DNA of 64,000 nucleotides from the human T2T-CHM13v2.0 reference genome, Homo sapiens. A program made the position numbers and the translations under genes. Location of the stretch: the NCBI RefSeq assembly GCF_009914755.1, contig NC_060938.1; one strand, written 5' to 3'. Positions 30,301 through 44,090 of the stretch are shown one piece after another; the stretch's first letter is position 1, and the number at the start of each line of letters is the position of its first letter. Below the pieces are notes generated by a model that did no database searches, was not told the origin of the DNA, and was given only the letters and a program-made list of their open reading frames with translations.

Positions 30301-33300
30301 ATATTCTAAGATTGAACACATTCTTGGTCATAAAGCAAGTCTTAATAAATTTTAAAAAATTTAAATCATATCAAGTATATTATTGGACCACAGTACAATA
30401 GAAATAGAAATCAAGAAGACTGATAGAAATAGAAATCAATATCAAGAAGATCTCTCAAAAGTACACAAATACATGGAAGTTAAACAACTTGCTCCTGAAC
30501 AACTTCTGGGTAAACATATAAATTAAGGCAGAAATGAAAAAATTATTTGCAATTAATAAAAATTGGGAAATAACATCTCCAGAATGTAACAAAAGCAGTA
30601 AAAACAGGAAAGTTTACAGCCCTAAACACTTTCATCAAGAAGTTAGAAAGATCTCAGATTAATGTTAACTTTAAAAAGAACAAACCCCAAAACAAGCAGA
30701 AGAAAATACATAACTAAAATTACATAACTTAATGAAATTGAGATGCAAAAACCCAGACAAAAGGTAAATGAAACCAATAATTTGTTCCTTGAAAAAATAA
30801 GATGGACTGCTAAACAAATTAAAAAAGAGAAGATTCAAATAAGTATAATCAGAAATGACAAAGATGGCATTATAACTGATCCCACAGAAATACAAAAGAT
30901 CCTCAGATAATATGATAAACAGCTCTATGCACACAAATGAGAAAATCTAGAGGAAATGGATAAATTCCTAGATACACACACACACACTCTCCCAAGATTG
31001 AATCAGGAGGAGATTGAAAAACTGAATAGACCAATATCAAGCTCTGAAATTGAATCAGTAATAAAAAAAACCCTAACAACCAAAAAAAGTCCTCAATCAT
31101 ATGTATTCATAGCTGAAATCTATCAGAAGTAAAAAGAGCTGGTATTGATCCTACTGAAACTATTCCAAAAAATCAAGGAGGAGGGACTTCTCTCTAATTC
31201 AGTCTATGAGGTCAGAAAAAGCCTAATACCAAAATCTGGCAACAAGACAAACAGTGAAAACCTCAGGCCACTATCCCTGATGAACATAGACTCAAAAATC
31301 CTCAATAAAATACTAACAAACTGAATCCAGCAGCACATCCAACAGTTAATTCACCATGAGCAAGCAGACTTTATTCCTGGAGTAAATAAATAAATAAATA
31401 AATCTGATGCACCACATAAACAGAATTAAAAACAGAAACCATATGATAATCTCAATGGATGAATAAAAAGCTTTCAGTAAAATCTAACACCATTTTATGA
31501 TAAGAAATCCTGAACAGGCTAGGCATTGAAGGAACATACCTCAAAATAACAATAAGGAACATTAGAGGAACATACCATCAATGACCAACCCACAGTCAAC
31601 ATCATACTGAATGGACAAAAGCTGGAACCCTTCTTCTTGAGAACTAGAACAAGGCAAGTTTCCCCACTCTCACCACTCCTATTCAACGTACAGTCATATG
31701 AGCAATCAGCAAGAAAAGAAAGAAAAAGCATCTAAATAGAAAAAGAAGTCAAAGTCTCTCTCTTTGCTGATGATATGATTCTATACTTAAAAACCCCTAA
31801 AGACACTGTCAAAAGGCCACTAGAATTGATAAATGATTTTAGCAAGGTTTCAGGATACAAAATCAATATATAAAAATCAGTAGCATTTCTGTACACCAAT
31901 AACATCCAGGCTGAGAGGCAAATCAAGAACAACCCGATTTTCAGTAGCCACAAAGAAAATGAAATACCTAGGAATACAGTTAACCAAGGCGGTGAAATAC
32001 CACTACAAGGAGAACTACAAAACACTGATGAAATAAATCAGAGATGACACAAATGAATGAGGAAACATCCATGCTCATAGACAGGAAGAATCAGTATTAT
32101 TAAATTGGCTATGTGGCCCAAAACAATTTACAGATTTGACATTATCCCTATTAAACGACCAACGTCATTCTTCACAGAACTAGAAAAAAACATTCTAAAA
32201 TTCGTATGGAACCAGAAAAGAGCCGAACAGCCAAAACAATTCTAAGCTCAAAGAACGAAGCCAGAGTCATCACAGTACCCAATATCAAACTATACTACAG
32301 GGATGCAGTAACCAAAACAGCATGGTATTGGTACAAACACAGACATATAGACCAACTGAACAGAATAAAAAACTAAGACATAAAGCCAAACATCTACAAC
32401 CATCTGATCTTTGACAAGGCTGACAAAAACAAGTAATCAGGAAAGTACTCTCTATTCAATAAATGGTGTTGGAAAAGCTGACTAGCCATATGCAGAAGAT
32501 TGAAACTAGACCCCTTCATTTCACTACATGTAAAAATTAATTCATGATGGATTAAAGATTTAAATGTAAGACCATAAATTCCTAAAAGAAAAAAAAATTA
32601 GGCAATACCCTTCGCGACATTGGCCTTGGCATAAAATTTATGGCCACATCTGAAAAAGCAATTGCAACGAAAACAAAAGTTACAGTGAGACCTAATTAAA
32701 CTACGGAACTTCTGCACAGTAAATGAAACCATCAACAGGGTAAACAGACAATCTATAGAATGGGAAAAACATTCACAAACCATTCATTCAATATTCTGGA
32801 TATTAGACAATATCCGGAATCTATAAGCAACTTAAACAAATCAACAAAGCAAAAAACAGATAACCTCGTTAAAAAGGGGCAAAAGGCATGAACAGACACT
32901 TCTCAGAAGACACACAAGCAATCGACAAACATATGAAAAATGTTTATCACCACTAATCCTCAGGAAAATGCAAACTGAAACCACAATGATACCATCTCAC
33001 ACCAGTCAGAATGGCTATTATTAGAAAGTCAAAAGACAACAGATGCTGCTGAGGCTGTGGAGAAGAGGGAATGCTTATGCTCTTGGTGGGGAGGTAAATT
33101 AGTCCAGGCACTGTGGAAAGCAGTTTGGAGATTTCTCAAAGAACTTAAAACAGAGCTAACCTTTGACCAAGCAATCCCTTTACCAGGTATATTCCCAAAG
33201 GAATAAACATCATTATACCAAAATGATACATGCACTCCTATGTTCATTACGATGATGTTCCCAATAGCCACTACATGAAATCAACCTAGGTGCCCATCAG

Positions 33301-33670
33301 TGAAGAACTGGATAAATAAAATGTGGTATATAGACACCATGGAATACTACGTGGCCATAAAAAATCAAATCACATTCTTCATAGCAACATGGATGGAGCT
33401 GAAAGCCATTATCCTAAGCAAATTGACACAGGGACAGAAAAGCAAATACTGCATGTTTTCGCTTAAAAGTAGAAGCTAAACACTGAACACACATGTACAT
33501 AAACAGGGGAACAATAGACACTATAGACTACTACACAGGGAGAGAGGATGGGGGTCATGGATTGAAAAACTACCTATTGGGTACTATGCTCACTACCTAG
33601 GATCAATATAACCATGAAATAATCGTATACATGTACCCCCTGTATCTAAAATAAAAGCTGAAAAAAATTT
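27373..33670 (+). mobile_element. Near-full-length old primate L1 (L1PA15-17/L1PB-age), inactivated
   Basis: GC-richer 5' UTR starting 'ggggataagatggtcaac'; ORF1-like about 28780-29600; ORF2 motifs 'gggagacttcaacaccccactg' and 'tttgctgatgatatgattc'; 3' UTR 'gaaaaactacctattgggtactatgctcactacc' and aataaa; many stops and indels. Confidence 0.9.
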
Positions 33671-33844
33671 TAAAAGAATGGATACACCTAATTTGCAAAA
33701 GAATAACTATTAATAATACCAACATAATTGAGATGAATTTGGTAAACTTTGACATTGCTAGTTACAATGTAATTTGGAATAAATTTGCCATGAAAATTAA
33801 AACTAAAAAATATAAATGAATAAATAAGTGCATTTATTTACATT

Positions 33845-34925
33845 AACTATCAGAAAAGTAAGTAGAGAGAAACTGTCAATCTTACATTGGAGAATATACA
33901 TGATCTAAACTCCAAATATTCACTTGAAAGCTCACATTTTTTCATTGGAAACAAGTATTGCCAGGAATTTCCTGGAAGTGAAAGGCCCACTTCGTTTATT
34001 TTTGTGAAAATGTCTGCCAAATAGTTATCTAAATAACCTTCCTTTTTTATCAGTTGTTCTTTCCAGTGAAAATGGTACTCCATTTTTAAAAAGTAGCTAG
34101 TTCAACTCCCAACTCAAACAATCATAAAAGTAATTTTCCCCAAGAAAAATGCCTTATTTTATAGGCAGCACAAATGCTTTATGCATATTTGCCATTATCA
34201 TCTCAGAATATTTTATAAGATCAAAAGTTTTTGTGGCTTTATCAAATACTTCAATGGTCTGAATTTATCCCCTAAATTCATATGTTGAAACTTAATCTCC
34301 AACGTAAGGAGTTGGGCCCTTAGGGGGTGATCAAGTCATGAAGGCAGAGTTCTCATGAATGGGATTATTGACTTTATGAAAGAGGTTGGAGTGCCCTGGT
34401 CTCAAGTCATTTCGCCCATGTGAGGACACAGGTGTGCCCTTTTTGCCCACTTCCTCCAAGTGAGGCTACAGCAAGAAGATGCCATCTTGGCAATCTTGGA
34501 ATCAGAAAGCAATCCTCACAAGATACTGAATTCACTGGTGTTTTTGTCTGGAACTTCCTACCTCCAGAACTGTGAGAAATAAATTTCTATCATTTGTAAA
34601 TAACCCAATCTGTGGTATTTTGTTATAGCAGTAGGAATGGACTAAGACAAAGATGTTCTTAAGTTAAACTGGCATTTTATTTTCTTTTACTGGAAGTACA
34701 GAGCAATGAGGGTTCAATGACAAGTATTACACTTTGGTGCCACTGCCATGATTTGTACTATGGCACCATCAGTTTTACCCACCATTGCTTTTCCACCATC
34801 ACTGCAAATAGCCACAGTAAAAAGGACAAGGATACCTCAATATTATTAAAACAATTCTGACTTCACAGACTCCTGAAAACATTTCAGTGACCCCCCAGTT
34901 ATCCAGTGACTACACTTTCAACTAT
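33845..34925 (-). mobile_element. Charlie1 (hAT) upstream part with terminus, interrupted by a MaLR LTR
   Basis: ORF 33850-34083 contains YLADIFTKINEVGLSLPG (hAT/Charlie YLADIF-K-NE--LSLQG motif); degenerate terminus 'gactacactttcaactatag'. Confidence 0.8.
34247..34649 (+). mobile_element. MaLR solo LTR (MLT1A/MST type)
   Basis: 'aaattcatatgttgaaacttaatc...catgaatgggatt...cctccagaactgtgagaaataaatt...ttgttatagcagtaggaatggactaagaca'. Confidence 0.88.
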
Positions 34926-35633
34926 AGACAAAAATGGGGAGAGAAATTTAGGACTAGTGAATTATTTTTCTCAGTTAAAGATCTTTTGCCTGCTGAAAGT
35001 AAATGGGGTGGGGTTAGAGTATTGAGAACAGTGGCAGACATTCTGAAATAACTGTGTGTATAGTAAAGAAAGGGAGTTGAATAGGGCTTTAAAATATAAA
35101 TCAATTGCATATACCAAAGCACTGGTTGAGGTTGGAAATCATAAATTGACAGTACCATGAATCAGCATTTTAGCATTTTGTATAAAAAATATTTAGGTAT
35201 GTGGTTTATCAAAGGTAAAGCAGGGGCACATCACGAGAAAGAGGACATTGAAGGTAAGATTTTTAAAATGGCCAGTAGCAATTTTATAGTTTGATTTTTG
35301 ATGAAAACTTATTCTTTATTTAAATTCATATACCTAGACCAAACATGGGACACTGACTCATTGACCTATATATTATGTTTGTACCACAGTACTCTGATAT
35401 ACAGAATTATACAGATAATATACTAGAGATGCTTATGAAATATGGTCAGATATTTAATACTTTATGATGGAAAAAAATTACAGAGTATTTTGAAAAGCTA
35501 CTAGTTTGTGTTTTCCTTAGTAAGTATATGTTATACAAAAACCTTTATCAAGCAGAGAATAATTCTAGGATGTGTTTGTTGATAGTGAGAATTACTGCTA
35601 TAATGATAAAATTGTAATTTTCATCTTCTAAGC

Positions 35634-35980
35634 ATAAGAATGTGATTATATTTTATACCATTATTTTCTATTTCATCATTATTATCCTACCATTTGAAGT
35701 CAGAAAACTGCCACATTTGTCTGATAGGCTGTGGAATTTTACATGAATATTCAATCACTGGAAAACCCCCACCTGAGGTGTGAAAAGTTTAATTTTCAAG
35801 GCCATTCAAAAGAAGGCAAAAATCCCAACATCACAAATGTGCCTCTTTTTTCTTTTATTCTATAAATCTTATCATTTAAACTTCTGCCGTTTTTATGTGG
35901 ATAACATAATCCCTAAGGTTAATATCAAGTATTAGCCAATTCCTCACAACTATAAGAATGTGATTATATTTTATACCATT
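35634..35980. repeat. Perfect 29-bp direct repeat (35634-35662, 35952-35980) flanking 289 bp of unique DNA
   Basis: ataagaatgtgattatattttataccatt occurs twice. Confidence 0.92.
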
Positions 35981-36119
35981 TTGATGACCGAGTAGGGATG
36001 TTTATATTAGCATTCATTTTTAGTAAAAATAATCATTCTAACTAATGATTGCCTGAAGTTCACTTTATGCACAAAAAATATAGACTACATTAAGAAATTA
36101 TTATTACTTGCATTTATAT

Positions 36120-36640
36120 AATGGTAGGTCAAAGATTGCTAAAAATTCTTACTTCACTTCCTATTTAGAGGTGAAATCTAATTCCCCTTCCCTGGAGTCT
36201 GAGCTGGCCTCGGTGACTGGTTTGATCAATAGAATGTGGTGGAAGTGACACAATGAATTTTCAGGCTATGTTAAAAAAAAATTGCAGCTTCTTCTTCGGT
36301 CTATTGGAAGACGCTATAGAAAACCAGCCACCATGCTGTGAAGAAACAATTATCTTCATCAAAAAGCCCTGATGGAGAGGAATTGAGCCTTCCCAAATCA
36401 CAGCCCCAGATGAGCTCCCAGACAACAGCCAACAACTTTGCTAGGCATTTGAAGAAGCCATCTTAGAAGGGTGTCTTCTAGCCCAGTTCACCCCAGTTGA
36501 TGGGAAGCTACATGGATCAGAGAAAACCCATTCCTTTCAAACTCCACCCAAACTGTGTTTTGTCACAATATGGATGATTGTTATCTAAAGCTACTAAGTA
36601 TTGCGGTGGTTTGTTGCACAGAATTAGATAACTGAAACAT
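36120..36640 (+). mobile_element. MLT1F/G-type MaLR solo LTR
   Basis: 'gatcaatagaatgtggtggaagtgac', 'ccaccatgctgtgaagaa', terminal 'aagctactaagtattgcggtggtttgttgcacagaattagataactgaaaca'. Confidence 0.82.
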
Positions 36641-38133
36641 ATGTCATTTTGTTCTGTTTATCCTTTAACATATATTTAATATTAGAAATAAATATACTAA
36701 ATATCACTAAGTAATTAGCATTAGCACAAGCAAGACAAGAATCCATATTCAAGTGCTCTTTCCAATAAATAAATTATTTTCTTCATATTTAAATACTAGG
36801 CACATATCTTAGACTCTGAGATCAAAAGTTTACATAAAATAATATGGAAATTATTTTCTTAATATTTGAGCCAATTATGTTTCTCATATATTTTATACAT
36901 TATTTTTATAACTGAAGGAACGTCTATTAAAAACTTTCAGTGAGTTACAGATAATCATATTCCAATACAGATGAATATTAATATACTTTATTTGTGGTAA
37001 GGCAGGAGAACATGATAAATCAAATACCATCTATAAAATGTTGTCTTAAAATAAGACCTTTAAATGTATACTCAATATTCCATTACATAACATCAATTCT
37101 CTATGTAACATTGTTATATTTTTATCTCTTGTTTTCTTTGTTTATTTTTTGACTCTGAGAACCAAACAGCAATGTTTTAAATTATATGACAATTTTATCT
37201 ATTTTACTTTTCCTAACATTTCAATTATCTTCTTTTGTCCTTTCCATGATCAAATAAGCCTGTATGTAAACAAGCCTGTATGTAACAGTAGACTTTTTAT
37301 GAATGTATTTTACAGAACATCTTGGAAATACCTAGCGACATTACTGAAATTTTGAATTGTCATTTTTTTATTAAAAGTTTTGGTTGATACACACACACAG
37401 ACTATATATATATATATACACGTATATATATATACACACACAAACACACAAATAATATATACGCAATATAATGTAATATATACGAAAACAATGTTTATTC
37501 TTTTTTTTTGAATTTTCTAATTTCATTTTTCTTCTTGTATAATTGTATTGGCTAGAACTTCTATATTTGTTCTAAATAATAATGGTGATTGTGGACATCT
37601 TTATCTTATTCATAAATTCAATGCAGTTTTTCCTAGCATTTCTTCCATTTTGCACTATGCAGACTATATTTATTCTGTATTAATATTAATGAAATATCCA
37701 TACATTGTATTATATTTATATTTTTATTAAGAATGGATGTTTAATTTCCTTCAGTACCTTTTCATTATTTCTGGAATTGCTCATGATTTTTCTTTTTTGA
37801 TTTATTAACACAGTGAACTATATTAATAACTTTACTTATGTTGAACAATTTTAACACTGCTTGAACAAGCTTCACTGGGGTTATTTTAATATGTCGCTTG
37901 ACTTGGTTAGCTGATTATTTAACATTAGGAATGAAAATGCAAATCCTGTTTATAAGTGAGATTGGTGTATAATTTTTGCATTTTGTTCCCTTTCTGTTAA
38001 ATTGTGTTATCAGTTTTATGGTTACTTGATAAGATAAAATTGAAATCTGTCCCCCTTTTAATTTTTTTTATTTTTTGCCCTGGAACCATGTAAGCAGTGA
38101 TGGAATTTTTCTCTTCAAGAATTTCGTAGCGCT

Positions 38134-38473
38134 CTCCAAGCATGGTGGCTCACACCTGTAATCCCAGCACTTTGGGAGGCCAAGGCAGGCAGATCGCCTG
38201 AGGTCAAGAGTTCAAGACCGGCCTGCCCAGCATGGCAAAACCCCATCTCTATTAAAAATACCAAAAATTAGCTGGGCATGTTGGCAGGTGCCTGTAATCC
38301 CAGCTACTTGGGAGACTGAGTTGGGAGACTGAGTTAGGAGTATTGCTTGAACAGGAGAGGTGGAGGCTGCAGTGAGCCCAGATCACACCACTGCACTCCA
38401 GCCTGGGCAACAAGAGTGAAACTCCATCACACACACACACACACACGCACACACACACACACACACAACACAC
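38134..38473 (+). mobile_element. AluSx with 13-bp internal duplication and (CA)n tail
   Basis: Dimeric Alu; gggagactgagtt x2 in right arm. Confidence 0.95.
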
Positions 38474-39280
38474 TAAAAAGAATTGGGTAGAGTTTATCTC
38501 AAAGACTATACAATCAAGGTCTATTATTTTCTTAGTTTTTCCTTAATCTTTTAACTATCTTTATATCTCCATTGTTTTCCTTATCAAATTAAAAAAATAT
38601 TCTATCACTGGTAATAAAAGATGAGAAAAATCAGTGTTCTTTACCATCTCTCAACTTCTCTAGCATTTCTTCTTTCAACTTTTATACTTTTAACATTCCT
38701 ACATTATCAAGATTTGAAATATGTATATGTTTCTTTGAAATCTCAATCCGTACATTTATTTATATTTTAGTTCTACAGTTGTAAATATCATGCTCATTGT
38801 CAGTACTTTGAATATAGGTTCTCTGCTAATGCTTTATGACATTTGTACTATAGTTGTTTAAGAAGTGATCAGAGAAACTAAAGTCTAGGAGTTTTTGCAT
38901 GTTCAGGGCAAAACATATATGTTGTATGCCTTTACCCATGAACAACTTTTCAGTTGAATATAAGATTTTCCCTCAAGACTTTATAAGCACTGCTTAAATT
39001 CTTCTATGGACAAACATTGTGATAGAGAACTATGAGGACAAACTGACGTGTTTATGCTCATATGTAACACTTTTTCTGCTTGACTAACAAAGATTCATGC
39101 TATATATTTGAAATCTGGTAACTTTAGTAATAGATATGTCATTGTTAAATATTCAGTGTCAATTTTGCCTGCAACTTATTGTGCCTGTTCATTATATAAA
39201 GTCTCTTATTTCTGCAATTTAAAAAAATAAATTTTTTTCATTCTATTATTTTTATCTCTTCTTCAAAAACACCAATTACA

Positions 39281-39628
<348 letters not shown>

Positions 39629-41122
39629 TTAGCTCATTTTATTTATTTCATTTCCATTTCATTTGCTTGTTTTTCTCAATCCTGATATCCTTGTCACTAC
39701 TATTTTCCATGATTTTATTTTATTCTGTGAGGCTGATTCCAATTTGATTTCTATTTTGTGTTGTTGTTAACAGTATTTTCTTATTTTATTTTTTAAAATT
39801 TTAATTTTTGAGAGTACATGGTAGGTGTATTTGATTTCTGTTAATATAAGTAAGCAACTCTCTCCTGTTTCTCCTCTGAATTCTGCTCATGTGTTGCTTC
39901 ATTCCTGTTATCCTTTTGTAATTGCCTTAAGCTCTTGTATTTCTGCTCTGAAGTCTTGGACGTTTACATTTGGGGATTTAATAAAGATATAAGTAGTCAG
40001 TCACAATTGTCAATTATTTTAAAAAAATTTTTATTAATGACTTATTTATATGCATTTTTTATTTTCTCATTTATTTTGCACTGTCTTTATTCTGACTACT
40101 CATTTGTGAATGAGGAACTTCTTTCTGGATCAAAGATTTTTGTTTGCTTTTTGTCTGTGTTCTGGTGGGAGAAATAGCCAAGGATATGTTGAAAGCTAAC
40201 AGAAGTGCCTTTAAGGAACAAGATTGTATGTATGAGTTCTACCCAGCTGATCAAAATAAACACCATTGCTCATAATACTCATGTTCACATTACCAGCAGG
40301 CAGTTTACTGTACATGTGGCATCTCTTATTCATCTTTGCTTCTATTGCTTCTTATTGAAATCAAACTGGGACCAGAAAAGTTCCTAATACAAGTCTACAT
40401 ACCCTTTTCCAAATATAGCAAAACAAGTCATCATTGATTGTGCACTTCAGTGTGTGCCATTAACTTTGAGTTATGTTTTGAAAATTCATAATGAGTCATA
40501 TAAACAGGTCTATTAAATATATTTAAATAAAATAGTAAGTCGCATAGTTCTATATGACAACACTGGTGTTGATTTCCTGAGCAATCCTAGCATGTCTGAA
40601 AGTCTAGGTCTCCTGTTTCTATTTGTTCCACACACTTGTTTGATATTTACTGGATTTGATTGGGTGGGGATAGCAGTCATTTTCGAGTTTTGTCAATTTT
40701 CGATTTTACAATTTAATTTCTAATTTTTCATGTTGCTACTGGGTGATTTGTGAAATTAAAAAAAGGAAAATATAGCAAAAACCCAGAGATTTTAGGATTA
40801 CTCTTAATTGCTTCCATTCACTTATCCTCCAAGAGTAGATTAATAGATTATCTTTCGTATCTAGTCTTTCTACAAAACTGGTCCTAGCCTGTCATCAGTA
40901 AATGATATAATCAGCCATTTCAATTACTTAAACTAAAATATTAGGATTCTTTCTATGAGTTCTCCTTGATGTACATCTTTCCCTGAGTCCCCACAAATCT
41001 TCCCATTTCACCTTAACCTCTGCTGCCGTTCTCTTTTTCTTTCCAAAGTCATCTTTTGCCAAGAAAATGCTAAATATCCCATGTTTCTCTGAACTCATCT
41101 TCACTTTTGCCCAATCTTTCTA

Positions 41123-41433
41123 TAGCTGCACTTCCAAATACAATAAATAATAGCCACAGATGGCTAAGAAATATTTTAAACATGACTTATCTGCATAAAA
41201 TCACACCAAATTTTGAAGATTTAACATAAAGGTAATATATAAATATTTAATTGAAAACTTTACACATTGGAATGATATTTTGCATATGTTGTATTTTAAA
41301 AGTACATTATTCAAATTAATTTCACCTGATTAGTTTTACTTTTTTAATAAGGCTTCTTGAAAATTTTAAATTATATATGGTTTCCATTATGGTTACATTA
41401 GTGGCTTATGATACATTTTTATTGGGCAGCACT
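41123..41433 (+). mobile_element. MER33-like hAT-Charlie element inserted in L2 remnant (about 40820-41900)
   Basis: 'cacaccaaattttgaagattta...aattaatttcacctg...aaattttaaattatatatgg...ttttattgggcagcacta'. Confidence 0.78.
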
Positions 41434-42529
41434 ATGCCGTATCATAAAAAGTATAGCTTTGTTGAAATACAGAGAGGATAATATACTAACCCAGCCTAAA
41501 ACTCTCAAATGGCTTTATTTTATATTTAAAATCGAATCCAAATTCCTGTGATTAATAAGGTACCTCTTTTTTGATTTCTACCTTTCTGTCCAACTTCACC
41601 TCGAGCTACATATCCTCCCACTTAGAATAACTTTTGTCATGCTAGTCTTCATTTTGTTTCTTTGAACATACAATACTCTTCATTGCCTCAGAACTTATAC
41701 ATGGCTTTTTTTTTTAACCAAAATACATTTCCCCTCATGCTCAAACAGCAGCTCTTATCCTTCCTTATAGTCTTAGCTCAATTCCCACTTTCCAGAAAGG
41801 TATTATTCGGTTGCCCAACATAAAATAAGTAACCTTTTGTAATTCCTTCTATCATCCCCTTAACTCATAATGGCCTACATATATATTCTATACAATATAA
41901 TAATCAGGGATAATCTGTGATGGTTCCAAAACGTTTTCAAGCCATGTAAATCTTTTTGTCCTGTAGCTTCCCATTCATCACATCAGTTGATAGGAATTAG
42001 AGAGAAGACGGATGGTACCGAGAATGTAGGTTTCATATTTTAACTTTCAGTATCAAAGATGATTTATTCTTAAATTCATAATATAAAATAGCCATTAAAA
42101 TAATCCAAAGAAAAGTTTCTAAATTCCTTCTTTCCTGTCAACATATCAAGAACCAGCCCCCAGGGACATTGACAATAGGTTTTGTTATAAGCCAAAAGAA
42201 GATTTTTATCTCACCCAGTGTGGGAAGAAGAAAGAGAATAGAGCAAGGGAGATGTGAGAAATGTTAGAATTCCCTTCTCTAAGAGAAATCAGCCTGGGGA
42301 AGGAAAAACTCTTCACTAGGCTGAGAAAGAGAGACAAAAGCTAAAGGAATTTTTGTCTCATTTTCTCAGTAGAACTTTGACTTCTAAGCTAGATAGTCCT
42401 ATGTCAACCCCAGAAGATTAATGATGGCATCACTGGGTTAGATGAAAGGAGAGGTGAAATAAAAGGTGAAAAAGCATGAGAGACAGAGAGACTCTCTCAA
42501 CTCTCTTTGAAAAAAACAAAATTAGATTT

Positions 42530-42750
42530 TTATTGAAACTGCATAAAACTAAAACACTTCTGCACAGCAAGGGAAAACAGTCAACAGAGTAATGACACAA
42601 CCTACATAATGAGAGAAAATCTTTGCGAACTGTGCATTTGATAAGGGGTTAATATCCTAAATACATAAAGAAATCAAACAACTCAATAGTAAGAAAACAA
42701 CTGGATTAAAAAAGAAAAAAGGCACAAAAATCAAAATACCTAGGAATAAC
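42530..42750 (+). mobile_element. L1 ORF2 fragments
   Basis: 'aaactaaaacacttctgcacagcaagggaaaacagtcaacagagt'. Confidence 0.8.
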
Positions 42751-42751
42751 C

Positions 42752-43046
42752 TTTTTTATTTATTTTTATTATACTTTAAGTTCTGGGGTACCTGTGAAGA
42801 ACGTGCAGGTTTGTTACATAGGTATACACGTATCATGGTGGTTTGCTGCACCCATCAACCCATCACCTACCTTAGGTATTTCTCCTAATGCTATCCCTCC
42901 CCTAGCCCACCACTCCCAACAGGCCCCAGTGTGTGATATTCCCCTCCCTACGTCCATGTGTTCTCATTGTTCAACTCCCACTTGTGAGTGAGAACATGCG
43001 GTGTTTGGTTTTCTGTTCTTGTGATAGTTTGCTGAGAATGGTGGTT
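42752..43046 (-). mobile_element. L1PA7/8-like 3' UTR fragment
   Basis: 'attatactttaagttctgggg...gaacgtgcaggtttgttacatagg...ctcctaatgctatccctcccctagcc'. Confidence 0.92.
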
Positions 43047-43839
43047 AAATGTCTTAAAGGGATCCATAATTTACCCCATATCCCAGAGATAATTCAAAAT
43101 ATCACCTTGCCTTTTGGAGACACTCCAGACAGAAGTGCTAAACCCCAGTGCAAGTAGCTGAAAGGTAACAGATTAGCTGGTGTCAGGTATAGGCTGTTTG
43201 AGGCACCACATGAGTCTGCAGGCTATGTCACATCTAAAAGTTCCAAAAATTTGTTGGTTTAACCATCAAAGAAAGCCATTAAGCTCTGAAAGTTTCCTGG
43301 AAAACCAAGGATACATTCATCAGCCACACCTGATAAGAAATCAATGCAATGGATCTAGGAACTAGACTAGATTGGCTCGGTAGAGACTAGCAAGAAGGCA
43401 GCGGATATCAATTGGTTTCAAAGCTCTCTCTTCTACTTCTGGGAAGAGATGAAGCCCCATTCTCTACCCTAGTAACCTTCTTAGAAATAAATAGAAGGGA
43501 AGAAATTGGACATAATGCAAACTTACTGAAAAGCAAATGAGTCACTCAAAAGAAACTTTTTAAACAAAATATCTTCCTTACAACTCATGAGGATGGATTC
43601 ATGAAGTTTCGATAAGTCATTGAAAAGAACTTCTAAGTGCAGTGGATAAATGTGCTCACTCTACACTTTCTATTCTGGCTCTCCAAAGAAAATTAAGCTC
43701 CATTGGCATGAACTAAGTCCCCCTTATCATTATATACCCAGCATTTAGCTTGAGATCTGGTATGCGGTAGATGATCAGAGGGAGAAGACAGGAGGGTCTG
43801 AGTTAGAAAGGAGACGTGAAAACAGAAGCAGAATTGTAG

Positions 43840-44090
43840 TGATATGCTTTGGAATTAGAGAAAGGGGTCATGGGAGAAGGAATGCAAATAGGTTCTAAGC
43901 TAAATAAAGCAAGGAAACTGATTCTCCCCTAGAGCCTTCAGAAAGAACACAGCTCTGCTGACACCTGGATTTTAGCCCATAAGATCTATTTCAGACATTG
44001 AACAACAGATCTGTAAAATAACAAATATGTATTCTTTAAGCCACTAAACTTACGGTAATTTGTTACAGCAACAATAGGAAATTAATGTAT
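43840..44090 (+). mobile_element. MLT1D-like LTR, 3' half
   Basis: 'attctcccctagagccttcagaaagaacacagctctgctgacacctggattttagccc...taagccactaaacttacggtaatttgttacagcaacaataggaaattaatg'. Confidence 0.85.

Noticed and set aside
33850-34083. Domesticated transposase (ZBED-like) exon
   Set aside because: Short, frameshifted Charlie1 fossil interrupted by later insertions
41990-43620. Unclassified purine-rich segments flanking the L1 fragments
   Set aside because: Probably an ancient LTR or unique DNA; I could not assign it without a Dfam search
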